Of a DNA stretch of 64,000 bases, positions 17,764-27,998 are shown one piece after another. The notes under the pieces are model-generated. The model saw only the letters and a program-made list of their open reading frames with translations, was not told the DNA's origin and searched no databases. The number at the start of each line of letters is the position of its first letter. Positions within the stretch are counted from its first letter, which is position 1. Source of the DNA: Candidatus Cryptobacteroides sp. (GTDB taxonomy: Bacteria; Bacteroidota; Bacteroidia; Bacteroidales; UBA932); NCBI GenBank assembly GCA_045120635.1, contig JBGVEY010000042.1, positions 7,773 to 71,772 of the forward strand, given 5' to 3'. The translations under genes were made by a program, and so were the position numbers.

Positions 17764-17871
17764 ATTTACCAGCAAATATAACGATAAATTACAGATAATC
17801 AACAGCTAACAAAAATCTTTCCCGATTCCCCCGAGATTTTTTCTATCAAAATCCCCGGTTTCCCCGAGATT

Positions 17872-18021
17872 TTAGAAATTCTTCACCAACGCAATCAACG
17901 TTTTCAGCTGCTCTGGAGTAAGCCCTTTGAGCTCTTCCATAATGTCTGCATCATCATTCAACTTCAGGAGTCTAGAGTTGAACCCCATCTGCTGGGCAAG
18001 AGGAAAAGCATCAATAAGCCA
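17872..18021 (-). pseudogene. Start-less 3' gene fragment, possibly a tyrosine integrase C-terminal tail
   Basis: WLIDAFPLAQQMGFNSRLLKLNDDADIMEELKGLTPEQLKTLIALVKNF*; resembles, from recall, tails of Bacteroidales integrases. Followed by direct repeat CCCCGAGATTTT (17829-17840, 17862-17873). Confidence 0.35.
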
Positions 18022-18132
18022 TTTAGGAATTCTACCGAAAAGAACATATATTTGATGGCAATACCGTGGACTGGAGCGATTTTGCGAATTCCCGGTTTAT
18101 ACATTTGTTGATGTAATTATTGACAATAAGCG

Positions 18133-19416
18133 ATGAAAAAGATCCTATCATGCCTTCTATCTGCAGTCTGTTTCTGCAGTGCCGGTTACGCTCAACTTAA
18201 GGAAGCGTGCTCATTCTACGTGTATGACTACAACAATGTTCCTGAAGTCACACCAGCCCCAAAAGGCTATAAACCATTTTATATCAGTCAGTTCGCAAGA
18301 CACGGCGCCCGCTATTGCACCAGCGAATATTCGAGATTATACAACTGTCTCTCCAAGGCATCCGCTGAAGGAAAGCTGACTGACGCAGGTAAGGAATTCT
18401 TCTCACGATACGAGCCATTCTACCAACAGGTAAAGAATTGCAGCGGCAATCTCACAGGCGTAGGCAAAGCTCAGCACAGAGCTATTGCAATGCGTTTATA
18501 CGAGCGTTTCCCGGAAGTATTCAAGGGAGCCACCAATATTGAGGCCGTATCCACAGAATCGCCTCGCGTCATCATGAGCATGTGGTCATGCCTTTCTCAG
18601 CTGGCCGCATTGGACACAGACCTTAACATAAACGCAGATGCCTCTGCGAAATATGCTTCCTGGCTTCAGCCTTCCCTTTCATCCAATCCATACTATGTAA
18701 AAGGAGGATTCAAGTGCTGCGATGCCGCAACTGAAGCTTTAGAGGATTATTTTTACAAAGTCGTTCCATGCAAGGAGATCGTGGAGAAGTTCCTTGTAAA
18801 TACCGATGTGCTCGAAAAGGACCTGAAGACAACTACCAGGAAATTCATCTCTGATCTGCACGCGGTTGTTACTGCGACATATTGCCTTGATGAGGATCGC
18901 GGATGTTTTGACGACGTGTTTACTCCAGAGCAGTTACAACAGGTGTATAAAGGGCTGTCCGCCGCATATTTCCTTGATGTTGCAAATTACGTAGGATCCG
19001 GACATAATGTGCTGGATTATGCTCATTTCACACTGGAGCAGATAATAGAATCCGCCGACGCAGATATTGCTTCCGGAAAGACTCAGCTGAGACTCCGCTA
19101 TGGACACGACTCCGGAATCGGACCGCTGATTACAGTATTTGACATAAATGGTTACGGCCGTCCCGCAACATCTTTTGAGGAGGGACTGGAAATATTCCCA
19201 AGTTATTGCGTGCCTATGGGAGCATCCGTGCAGCTCGTATTCTTCAAGAACAAGAAAGGAGATATTCTCGTAAAGGTTCTCCTCAGCGAGCAGGAGGTAA
19301 CCTTGCCGTTTGAGGCAGCCCAGGGCCCATATTACAGATGGGAGGATTTCAAGAAATATTATACGCCTCGCATATCTGAAGCCAAGAAGAAGGTTGAGAA
19401 TCTAATCCTTCAGTAA
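18133..19416 (+). CDS. Secreted histidine acid phosphatase (phytase/MINPP-like)
   Basis: Signal peptide, RHGARY (RHGxR) and GHD motifs. Confidence 0.9.
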   Translation: MKKILSCLLSAVCFCSAGYAQLKEACSFYVYDYNNVPEVTPAPKGYKPFYISQFARHGARYCTSEYSRLYNCLSKASAEGKLTDAGKEFFSRYEPFYQQVKNCSGNLTGVGKAQHRAIAMRLYERFPEVFKGATNIEAVSTESPRVIMSMWSCLSQLAALDTDLNINADASAKYASWLQPSLSSNPYYVKGGFKCCDAATEALEDYFYKVVPCKEIVEKFLVNTDVLEKDLKTTTRKFISDLHAVVTATYCLDEDRGCFDDVFTPEQLQQVYKGLSAAYFLDVANYVGSGHNVLDYAHFTLEQIIESADADIASGKTQLRLRYGHDSGIGPLITVFDINGYGRPATSFEEGLEIFPSYCVPMGASVQLVFFKNKKGDILVKVLLSEQEVTLPFEAAQGPYYRWEDFKKYYTPRISEAKKKVENLILQ

Positions 19417-19444
19417 ACATATCAGGAAACGTCTCTTTATATAC

Positions 19445-19480
19445 AAAAACGGCCACCTTGAGAAAACTCCAGGTGGCCGT
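19445..19480 (-). terminator. Intrinsic terminator between convergent genes
   Basis: ACGGCCACCT...AGGTGGCCGT stem, with an A run on the left giving a U tract for the minus gene. Confidence 0.7.
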
Positions 19481-19488
19481 CATGTTTG

Positions 19489-20049
19489 TTAGAACTTCAA
19501 TGCCAACGAAAGGCCGGCAGTCGGCTTGACTCCGCCTGATGTCTGCACATAATTCACTGACGGATAAAGATCTACATCCAAAGAATATTTCTTCTTAAGA
19601 TCCTGCTCATACATATTCTTTACCTTTGCAACTCTTACAGCATCGACAATCGACCATATTTCAACAGTCAAAAGAGATGCGAGACCTAAAAAGCTTACTA
19701 TCGTTCCTGCATTCACCAGCGTCTGATCTCCCTGCTCCATACCTACTATAGAGCACGCAGAGCCTGTTACAGCCACAACATACGAAGCTGCAGCTCCACC
19801 AAACCATGCGAATCCTCTACCGATCTCACGTGTAAGCATCTGGCCAAGACCCGGGATAAAGAACGATGCCACACCAAGACCCGCAGGACCATATCTGTCA
19901 TCAAGAGTCTGAGCATACGCCTTGTAATCATACATATGCTTCAATTCCTTGTACTTCATTCCTTCTACAAGTTCGGAATTTGCAACCTGAGCCGAAGCTC
20001 CAACAGCCGATGCCATGGCAAGGGCAAGAATAAGAATAAATCTTTTCAT
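19489..20049 (-). CDS. Exported hypothetical membrane protein
   Basis: Signal peptide, SFFIPGLGQM Gly-rich hydrophobic hairpin, C-terminal ...LSLALKF. Confidence 0.75.
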   Translation of the reverse strand: MKRFILILALAMASAVGASAQVANSELVEGMKYKELKHMYDYKAYAQTLDDRYGPAGLGVASFFIPGLGQMLTREIGRGFAWFGGAAASYVVAVTGSACSIVGMEQGDQTLVNAGTIVSFLGLASLLTVEIWSIVDAVRVAKVKNMYEQDLKKKYSLDVDLYPSVNYVQTSGGVKPTAGLSLALKF

Positions 20050-20072
20050 AATCCTGAATTTAACTAAACTTG

Positions 20073-20699
20073 TTAAACATTTCTTACACGAAGCGCAGAT
20101 GCGATTCTTGAATACAGTCCCGACTTGATCTTGTATGATACATTTGCTGAAAAGAGAGCCTGCTGGGCACGCGCCTGGGCAGACTGAGCCTCATTCATGA
20201 GATCGAAAGTCTTTGCCACGAAGTTGCCGATACGGCTGGACTCCAGACGGAAACCCGCAAGTGCACGGAGTTTACGCAGGGCGCTCTGGCGTGTAATAAA
20301 GCCCTTGTTCTGCCAGATTTCAAAGGTTTCTTTTGCACACTGATGCAATGCAGCCCTCTCCGCAGCAAGAGCCGCCGAAGCATCAAGGGCCTTTTCGAAT
20401 GGTTCCCGGCGCACTTTTGCCTCCTCCATCAAGGACGCCTCGTCATATGCTCTATCCAGGGCTTCGGACAGCCGGGCATACTCAGCACAGAACTCCTCTG
20501 CAGGTCCTAAGTAAGAACACCATGTGGCGATTGTATCCGAATACACATCCGCCGGACCCACCTCCGCACCTCCTGGCAGATCCAGGATTTTCTCCAGCAG
20601 ATCATACGCCCTGATCACCGCATCCAAGGACATTTTTCCGCACTGCGCAGCCTGGCGCATGTCATCGGTACACTGTACTAGTTCCTTTGATATCATCAT
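20073..20699 (-). CDS. Hypothetical alpha-helical protein
   Basis: 208-aa ORF with TATATTTG box upstream, co-oriented with the next gene; no recognisable motif. Confidence 0.7.
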   Translation of the reverse strand: MMISKELVQCTDDMRQAAQCGKMSLDAVIRAYDLLEKILDLPGGAEVGPADVYSDTIATWCSYLGPAEEFCAEYARLSEALDRAYDEASLMEEAKVRREPFEKALDASAALAAERAALHQCAKETFEIWQNKGFITRQSALRKLRALAGFRLESSRIGNFVAKTFDLMNEAQSAQARAQQALFSANVSYKIKSGLYSRIASALRVRNV

Positions 20700-20839
20700 C
20701 TACATATTAGCGAGACAAATATAATAATTTCTTAACCGAAAACAGATGCATTTTCGGAGCATAAATTGTATCTTTGTCTGATTTTTAGCGCATTCCGAAG
20801 CGCTTTTATGGGGAAAATAATAATCAACATTATACGTAT

Positions 20840-22363
20840 ATGAACAACAAAGTACTTCTTATGATCCTCGACGGATGGGGCGAGGGCAGACAGGACGAGT
20901 CAAATGTAATCTACACACAGGGTGCTCCTTACATCGAGAGCCTCCGCAAGAACTATCCGATGAGCACACTCAAGGCTTGTGGTGAGGCTGTAGGTCTTCC
21001 AGAGGGCCAGATGGGTAACTCAGAGGTGGGTCACCTCAACCTCGGCGCAGGCCGCGTGGTTTACCAGGACCTTGTAAAGATCAATATCGCAGCTCGTGAG
21101 CACAAGTTCCTTCAGAACCCTGAGATCAAGGCTGCATATGACTATGTAAAGGCCAACAACAAGCAGCTCCACCTTATGGGTCTTGCTTCAATGGGTGGCG
21201 TACACAGCTCACTTGAGCATGTATACGAGTTCCTCAACGTTGCCAAGGAATATGGTCTCGAGGATGTATTCGTACACTGCTTCATGGACGGCCGCGACAC
21301 TGACCCTAAGAGCGGAAAGGGCTTCGTAGAGGGTCTTGAGGCTGCAATGGCTCAGTCGACAGGCAAGGTTGCGACTGTATGCGGACGTTTCTACGCTATG
21401 GACCGTGACAAGAGATGGGAGCGCGTAAAGGAGGCATATGACATGCTCGTTGATGCAAAGGGCACGTACGCGACTTCTGCTACTGACGCTATCCAGGCAT
21501 CATACGACGAGGGTGTTACAGACGAGTTCATCAAACCTGTTGTAATCACAAACGCAGAGGGACAGCCACTCACAAAGATCCAGGAAGGCGATGCAGTGAT
21601 CTTCTTCAACTTCCGCAACGACCGTGCACGTGAGCTCACAGCTGTTCTCACTCAGCAGGATATGCCGGAGGCTGGAATGCACACTCTCCCACTCTACTTC
21701 TGCTGCCTTACTCCATATGACGCTTCATTCACAGGCGTACACATCCTCTTCGACAAGGAGAACGTTCAGGAGACACTCGGCGAGGTAGTTTCAAAGGCAG
21801 GTAAGAACCAGCTCCGTATCGCAGAGACTGAGAAGTACGCACACGTTACATTCTTCTTCAACGGTGGTGCAGAGGCTCTCTTCGAGAATGAGGACCGTAT
21901 CCTCGTAAACTCTCCAAAGGTTGCAACTTACGACCTTCAGCCAGAGATGAGCGCACCAGAGGTAACAGAGAAGCTCGTTGAGGCAATCAACACCGGCAAG
22001 AACGATCTCATCATCCTCAACTTCGCAAACGGTGACATGATCGGCCACACAGGTATCTACGAGGCAATCCGTACAGCTGTAACTGCAGTTGACCAGTGCG
22101 TTGAGAAGGTAGTTGAGGCTGCAAAGGCTCAGGGCTATGTTGTTCTCATTACAGCCGACCACGGTAACGCTGACTTCGCAGTGAACGAGGACGGTACACC
22201 TAACACAGCTCACTCACTCAACGATGTTCCGTTCATCGTAGTGAATGCAGGTGACGAAGTGAAGGAAGTTAAGGACGGCAAGCTTGCAGACGTCGCTCCT
22301 ACAATCCTCAAGCTTATGGGCATCGAGCAGCCTGCAGCAATGACAGGTGAGGCTCTCGTCTAA
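20840..22363 (+). CDS. gpmI: 2,3-bisphosphoglycerate-independent phosphoglycerate mutase
   Basis: [39 protein letters not shown]. Confidence 0.98.
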   Translation: MNNKVLLMILDGWGEGRQDESNVIYTQGAPYIESLRKNYPMSTLKACGEAVGLPEGQMGNSEVGHLNLGAGRVVYQDLVKINIAAREHKFLQNPEIKAAYDYVKANNKQLHLMGLASMGGVHSSLEHVYEFLNVAKEYGLEDVFVHCFMDGRDTDPKSGKGFVEGLEAAMAQSTGKVATVCGRFYAMDRDKRWERVKEAYDMLVDAKGTYATSATDAIQASYDEGVTDEFIKPVVITNAEGQPLTKIQEGDAVIFFNFRNDRARELTAVLTQQDMPEAGMHTLPLYFCCLTPYDASFTGVHILFDKENVQETLGEVVSKAGKNQLRIAETEKYAHVTFFFNGGAEALFENEDRILVNSPKVATYDLQPEMSAPEVTEKLVEAINTGKNDLIILNFANGDMIGHTGIYEAIRTAVTAVDQCVEKVVEAAKAQGYVVLITADHGNADFAVNEDGTPNTAHSLNDVPFIVVNAGDEVKEVKDGKLADVAPTILKLMGIEQPAAMTGEALV

Positions 22364-22399
22364 TCCCCTGCAATAACCTTATTACCGACAACGTAAATA

Positions 22400-24580
22400 A
22401 TGAAGAAATTAGCAATTCTTGCTATATCGGCTGTAGCCCTTCTGACCTCTTGTGGCCGGAAGGACTACACTGCTTTTGTAGACCCCTATGTCGGTTCCGG
22501 CGGACACGGACACGTATTCGTCGGCGCAAGCGTTCCTTTCGGAATGGTGCAGCTCGGACCTCAGCAGATCAACACAGATTGGGACTGGTGTTCAGGTTAT
22601 CACTATAGCGACACTCTGGTCATCGGATTCTCACACACCCACCTTACCGGTACAGGATGCGGCGACCTTGGAGACATCCTCGTCATGCCGTATGACCCTG
22701 CAAAGGCAAAGGTCGAGACAGGATGGTCAGACACAAGACGCAACAACGCAAAGCACATCTACGCAAGCCTCGATCACGGACTTGAGCAGGTAAAGCCAGG
22801 ATTCTATTCTGTAGAACTCCCGGACTATGGTGTAAAGGTACGTCTTACAGCCACAGACAGAGCGGGCCTTCACGAATACACATTCACAGGTGACGAATCA
22901 GCCATCCTCTTCGACCTCTGCACCGGTATCGGCGATGACAAGGTACTTGACAGAGGTATGGAGATCATCGACGAGACACATGTAAGAGGCTTCAGACGCT
23001 CAAGAGGATGGGCCTATGACCACTATGTGTACTTTGCGGCTGAATTCTCTGAGCCCATCACAGGCAGCGAGGACATCCACATCGTCAATGAGGAATATGC
23101 GACTTCACTCAAGTTCGACACCACAAAGGACAAGAAGGTTCTTGTCAAGATCGGCATCTCTGCCGTAAGCGCCGAGAACGCGGCTGCAAACCTTGCTGCA
23201 GAACTGAAAGACTGGAACTTCGACCGCACTTATGCGGACGCAAAGAAGAGATGGAACGACGAACTCGGACGTATCGACATCGTACCTATGGACGAGAAGC
23301 AGCAGAGAGTGTTCTACACAGCGATGTATCACCTCATGATCGCTCCTTCACTCTTCAGCGACGTCAACGGCGACTATAAAGGTGCAGACGGAAAGAGCCA
23401 CAACTGCGACGAGAAACAGTACACCATGCTTTCGTTGTGGGACACATACAGGGCTGCATACCCGCTCTTCACCCTCATCAATCCGGAGATGTCGTCTTCG
23501 CTCGTTTCAACATTCATGAACATCCACAACGAGCAGGGCACACTCCCTATCTGGCATCTCCAGGGCTGCGAAACCAACTGTATGCCTGGCAACCCGGGTG
23601 TAATCATCCTTGCAGACCTCTGCCTTAAGGGATATGTGAAAGATATTCCTGCAGCCATCGCGGCAATGAAGAAGACATCGATGCGCGACGACCGTTGCGT
23701 ATCTGTCCTGAAGGAGTGGGGATATGTTCCGTTCGACGCTACCACAGAGCGAGAGACTATCGGAAAATGCATGGAGACCGCTATCGCTGACGGAGCACTT
23801 GCGAAGGCAGCAAAGGTATTCGGCGACGAAGAGGCTGCCGCATATTTCGGAAAGCGCAGCGAGTCGTGGAAGATGTACTATGATCCTTCTGTCGGAGTAA
23901 TGCGCGGAAGAGCCAAGGACGGCTCATGGAGAGAACCTTTCGATCCTTTCTACGCACACCACGGCGGCGATTTCACCGAGGGTAACGCATGGCAGTACAC
24001 TTGGCTTGTTCCTCACGACATCGAAGGTCTTATAGAGACCATCGGCAGTCCTGAGGCAGTAGTGGAGAAGCTTGACACATTCTTCTCTATCGAATGCGAC
24101 GACAGCAAGATGGGTCTTGACGTAACCGGTCTTATCGGCCAGTACGCTCACGGAAACGAGCCTAGCCACCACGTTGCATATATCTACAACTATGTCGGAC
24201 GCCAGGACAAATGCGCCGAGAAAGTGCGTCAGATTCTCAATGAACTTTACTTCGACGACCATAGCGGAGTATGCGGAAACGAGGATGCCGGCCAGATGTC
24301 CGCATGGTACATCCTTTCAGCCTGCGGTATCTATCAGGTGGACCCTGCATGCGGAGACTTCCACTTCGGATCACCTCTCGTGCACAAGGCCACTATCAAC
24401 GTAGGAAACGGCAAGACATTCACTGTTGTCGCTCACAACAACTCCATGGAAAACATCTACATCCAGGAGGTGAAGCTTAACGGAGAGCCTTACAAGGCGG
24501 CAAGCATCACATACGAGCAGATCAAGGCAGGCGGAACCCTTGAGTTCACAATGGGGCCCAAGCCCGGAAACTGGTTTTAA
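22400..24580 (+). CDS. GH92 alpha-mannosidase (lipoprotein)
   Basis: Lipobox LTSC, GFSHTHLTGTG, SLWDTYR, EGNAWQY, HGNEPSHH, GNEDAGQMSAW. Confidence 0.95.
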   Translation: MKKLAILAISAVALLTSCGRKDYTAFVDPYVGSGGHGHVFVGASVPFGMVQLGPQQINTDWDWCSGYHYSDTLVIGFSHTHLTGTGCGDLGDILVMPYDPAKAKVETGWSDTRRNNAKHIYASLDHGLEQVKPGFYSVELPDYGVKVRLTATDRAGLHEYTFTGDESAILFDLCTGIGDDKVLDRGMEIIDETHVRGFRRSRGWAYDHYVYFAAEFSEPITGSEDIHIVNEEYATSLKFDTTKDKKVLVKIGISAVSAENAAANLAAELKDWNFDRTYADAKKRWNDELGRIDIVPMDEKQQRVFYTAMYHLMIAPSLFSDVNGDYKGADGKSHNCDEKQYTMLSLWDTYRAAYPLFTLINPEMSSSLVSTFMNIHNEQGTLPIWHLQGCETNCMPGNPGVIILADLCLKGYVKDIPAAIAAMKKTSMRDDRCVSVLKEWGYVPFDATTERETIGKCMETAIADGALAKAAKVFGDEEAAAYFGKRSESWKMYYDPSVGVMRGRAKDGSWREPFDPFYAHHGGDFTEGNAWQYTWLVPHDIEGLIETIGSPEAVVEKLDTFFSIECDDSKMGLDVTGLIGQYAHGNEPSHHVAYIYNYVGRQDKCAEKVRQILNELYFDDHSGVCGNEDAGQMSAWYILSACGIYQVDPACGDFHFGSPLVHKATINVGNGKTFTVVAHNNSMENIYIQEVKLNGEPYKAASITYEQIKAGGTLEFTMGPKPGNWF

Positions 24581-24605
24581 TTTCAAACACATAAAACAGC
24601 AACAT

Positions 24606-25580
24606 ATGTATCCATTAAAATTTGAGACCATCTTCAAATCTGTTGTTTGGGGTGGAGAAAAGATCGCTCCTTTCAAGAGCGTTGAGACAGAACAGCACAA
24701 TATCGGTGAGAGCTGGGAGCTTTCAGGCGTAAAGGGCAATGAGTCAGTAGTGGCTGAAGGTCCGCTTGCAGGAAAGACCATCACAGAACTTGCTGCAGAG
24801 TACAAGGGCGCGCTTCTCGGTGAGAAGGTATATGCAAAGACCGGCACTGAGTTCCCTCTCCTGATCAAGTTCATCGACGCCCGCGACGACCTCTCTATCC
24901 AGGTACATCCGGATGACGCTCTTGCAGGCGAAAGACATAATGGTTCAAAGGGTAAGACTGAAATGTGGTATGTGGTACAGGCTGACGAGAAGGCTCACCT
25001 CATGTCTGGCCTTACAAGAGAAATCACTCCTGAGGAGTATGCCGCAAAGGTTGAGGACAACACCATCACTGAGGTTCTTCACGACTACAACGTGGCTGCC
25101 GGCGATGTATTCTTCCTCCCTGCAGGCCGTATCCACAGCATCGGAACAGGCTGCTTCATCGCAGAGATCCAGCAGACTTCAGACATCACTTACAGAATCT
25201 ACGACTTCGGCCGAGTAGGTCTTGACGGCAAGCCACGCGAGCTCCACACAGAGCTTTCAAAGGCCGCAATCGACTACACAGTGCTCGAGGATTACAAGAC
25301 TGCATACGAGGATGTGAAGAACGCCGAGAACGAGATCGTATCCTGCGAGTACTTCACAACATCTATCTATGACCTTACTGAGAAGGCTGAGGCCGCTGTT
25401 AAGGCACACGACTCTTTCCTTATCGTGATCTGCGTTGAGGGAGAGGGTTCACTCACAGATTCAGAAGGCAACACAGTGACACTCCGTCAGGGCGAGACTG
25501 TTCTTGTTCCTGCAGAGACAGAGTCTGTGACTTTCAATCCTAACGGACAGATGAAGCTTATCACAAGCTACATCCGATAA
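24606..25580 (+). CDS. manA: Class I mannose-6-phosphate isomerase
   Basis: VWGG, IGESWE, FPLLIKFIDA, LSIQVHPDD, GKTEMWY, EIQQTSDITYRIYD. Confidence 0.95.
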   Translation: MYPLKFETIFKSVVWGGEKIAPFKSVETEQHNIGESWELSGVKGNESVVAEGPLAGKTITELAAEYKGALLGEKVYAKTGTEFPLLIKFIDARDDLSIQVHPDDALAGERHNGSKGKTEMWYVVQADEKAHLMSGLTREITPEEYAAKVEDNTITEVLHDYNVAAGDVFFLPAGRIHSIGTGCFIAEIQQTSDITYRIYDFGRVGLDGKPRELHTELSKAAIDYTVLEDYKTAYEDVKNAENEIVSCEYFTTSIYDLTEKAEAAVKAHDSFLIVICVEGEGSLTDSEGNTVTLRQGETVLVPAETESVTFNPNGQMKLITSYIR

Positions 25581-25591
25581 TAATCCAACAT

Positions 25592-25638
25592 GTCTGACAC
25601 ACAAGGACAACCATATCCCGACGTGTCAGACTTTTTTT
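25592..25638 (+). terminator. Possible internal terminator between manA and the second GH92
   Basis: GTCTGACAC...GTGTCAGAC followed by T7; long 22-nt loop. Confidence 0.5.
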
Positions 25639-25649
25639 ATTTTGGACAG

Positions 25650-27950
25650 ATGAAGAGACTGGCATTTATCATTTTGGCATTAGGTATCCTCACAGGATGC
25701 TGCAAGAAAAAGGTTGAACTCGTGGAAAACCCGGTCGACTATGTATCCACATTGGTCGGTTCGCTCTCAGAGCATTCCTTCTCCACAGGAAACACCTACC
25801 CTGCGATTGCCGTTCCGTGGGGAATGAACTTCTGGACACCTGTGACAGGCAAGATGGGAGACGGATGGGCATACCGATACGACGCACACCGTATCCGCGG
25901 CTTCGAGCAGACCCATCAGCCTTCGCCGTGGATCAACGACTACGGTCAGTTCGCAATCATGCCTGTGCGCAACTGCGCGCAGGTGGGCCAGGACGCAAGA
26001 GCCAGCTGGTTCACACACCAGAGCGAGACTGCAAAGCCATATTACTATCAGGTATACCTTGCCGACCATGACATCAACGTCGAGGTAGCACCTACAGACA
26101 GAGCTGCGTCATTGCTCTTCACATTCCCTGAGTCAGAAACTTCAGGTATCGTGGTGGACGCATATGACCGTGGTTCATTTATCAAAGTCCTTCCTAAGGA
26201 AAATGCGGTTGTAGGCTATACCACAAGAAACAGCGGTGGAGTTCCGGAGAACTTCCGCAACTGGTTTGTCGTAAAGTTCGACAAGCCTATCGAAGGTTAT
26301 ACCGTATATGACGGACCAGATCAGGCCATCGAAGGGGCTGGAGAATTCAAAGGCAACCATGCATTGGCTGTCGTCACATTCAAGACTTCGCGCGGCGAGA
26401 AGGTAAATGCACAGGCTGCGTCATCATTCATCTCGCTTGAGCAGGCAATGATGAACTTCAAGGAGGTCGAAGGAAAGACATTCGCACAGGTGAGAGATGA
26501 GGCCAAGGCCAAGTGGAACGACACACTCGGCCGTATTCTCGTGGGCGGCGGCAGCGTAGATCAGTACCGTACATTCTACTCTTGTCTGTACAGAAGTCTT
26601 CTCTTCCCTCGCAAGCTTTACGAAATCAACGCGGCAGGAGATCCTGTTCACTACAGCCCGTACAACGGACAGGTGTGCGACGGTTACATGTACACAGACA
26701 CCGGTTTCTGGGATACATTCCGAGCACTCTTCCCTCTCCTTAACTTCGTATACCCTGACGTCAACCAGGAAATCCAGCTTGCCCTTGCAAACATTGCAAA
26801 GGAGAACGATTTCCTTCCTGAATGGTCAAGTCCGGGACACAGAGGATGTATGGTGGGCAACAACTCTGCTTCTGTTGTGGCTGACGCAGTGATGAAGGGC
26901 GTAAACGCCGAGGAGCTTCAGACCCTCTACGATTGCATCGTTTACGGCACAGAGCACGTTCATCCTCATGCAAAATCATCAGGGCGCCTCGGTCACGAGT
27001 ACTACAACGAACTCGGTTATATCCCGTACAATGTAGGCATTAACGAGAACGTGGCACGCACCCTCGAGTATGCATACGACGACTGGTGTATTCTTCAGAT
27101 GGCAAAGAAGATGGGACGTCCTCAGGAGGAACTCGACAAATGGGCCAGCCGTGCAGACAACTGGAAGAATGTATTCGATCCTTCACACAACCTTATGCGC
27201 GGACGCAATCTCGACGGCTCATTCCAGAAACCTTTCAGCCCGTACAAATGGGGAGACGCATTCACCGAGGGTAATGCATGGCATTATACATGGTCCGTAT
27301 TCCACGACGTAGACGGTCTTATGAAGGCAATGGGAGGACGCGAAGAGTTTGTGCAGATGCTGGACTCGGTATTCGTGGTTCCGCCTATCTACGACGACAG
27401 TTACTACGGTTTCCGTATCCATGAGATTACCGAGATGCAGGTGGCGAATATGGGTAACTACGCTCATGGCAACCAGCCTGCTCAGCATATGATTTATCTG
27501 TACAACTGGGCCGGAGAGCCTTGGAAGGCGCAGAAGTGGGTAAGAGAGGTCATGAACAGACTTTATTCTGCTGCTCCGAACGGTTATTGCGGTGACGAGG
27601 ATAATGGCCAGACTTCTGCTTGGTATGTGTTCTCGGCGCTCGGTTTCTATCCTGTGTGCCCTGCTTCAGATGAGTATGTTCTGGGAGCCCCGCTGTTCAA
27701 GAGGGCAGAGATCAGGCTTCCTGACGGCAATAAGGTGAAGATTTCTGCTGAGAATATCGGCAATACTGATGAACCGCTTGAGACTTATATTGAGAGTATG
27801 AAGGTGGACGGCAGAAAGTGGAAGAACAACTATCTGAGACATTCGGAGCTTGCAGATGGCGCAAGTCTTGAGTTCAGGATGCAGGATACTCCTAATTATA
27901 AGAGAGGCACAAAGGCTAAAAACAGACCTTATTCATTCAGTAAAGAATAA
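25650..27950 (+). CDS. GH92 alpha-1,2-mannosidase (BT3990-like, lipoprotein)
   Basis: Start MKRLAF..LTGC; HQPSPW and IHEITEM alpha-1,2 specificity motifs; GFWDTFR, EGNAW, GDEDNGQTSAW. Confidence 0.95.
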   Translation: MKRLAFIILALGILTGCCKKKVELVENPVDYVSTLVGSLSEHSFSTGNTYPAIAVPWGMNFWTPVTGKMGDGWAYRYDAHRIRGFEQTHQPSPWINDYGQFAIMPVRNCAQVGQDARASWFTHQSETAKPYYYQVYLADHDINVEVAPTDRAASLLFTFPESETSGIVVDAYDRGSFIKVLPKENAVVGYTTRNSGGVPENFRNWFVVKFDKPIEGYTVYDGPDQAIEGAGEFKGNHALAVVTFKTSRGEKVNAQAASSFISLEQAMMNFKEVEGKTFAQVRDEAKAKWNDTLGRILVGGGSVDQYRTFYSCLYRSLLFPRKLYEINAAGDPVHYSPYNGQVCDGYMYTDTGFWDTFRALFPLLNFVYPDVNQEIQLALANIAKENDFLPEWSSPGHRGCMVGNNSASVVADAVMKGVNAEELQTLYDCIVYGTEHVHPHAKSSGRLGHEYYNELGYIPYNVGINENVARTLEYAYDDWCILQMAKKMGRPQEELDKWASRADNWKNVFDPSHNLMRGRNLDGSFQKPFSPYKWGDAFTEGNAWHYTWSVFHDVDGLMKAMGGREEFVQMLDSVFVVPPIYDDSYYGFRIHEITEMQVANMGNYAHGNQPAQHMIYLYNWAGEPWKAQKWVREVMNRLYSAAPNGYCGDEDNGQTSAWYVFSALGFYPVCPASDEYVLGAPLFKRAEIRLPDGNKVKISAENIGNTDEPLETYIESMKVDGRKWKNNYLRHSELADGASLEFRMQDTPNYKRGTKAKNRPYSFSKE

Positions 27951-27998
27951 GTATAAAGAAAAAGACTGTTGAAGTTTCAACAGTCTTTTTCTTTATAC
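27951..27998. terminator. Bidirectional intrinsic terminator
   Basis: Perfect 23-bp inverted repeat GTATAAAGAAAAAGACTGTTGAA-GT-TTCAACAGTCTTTTTCTTTATAC between convergent genes. Confidence 0.9.

Larger units (their letters stand above)
5328..18021. mobile_element. Decayed tRNA-Met-associated defence island
   Basis: Starts right after the tRNA 3'-end copy; visibly AT-richer than flanks; RM/PrrC/TIR/KAP cargo; mobile-type remnants at right end. No intact integrase or attR seen, so the right boundary is approximate. Confidence 0.7.

Noticed and set aside
27951-27998. 23-bp perfect inverted repeat as a mobile element end
   Set aside because: Lies exactly between convergent stop codons with A/T tracts on both sides, as expected for a bidirectional terminator.
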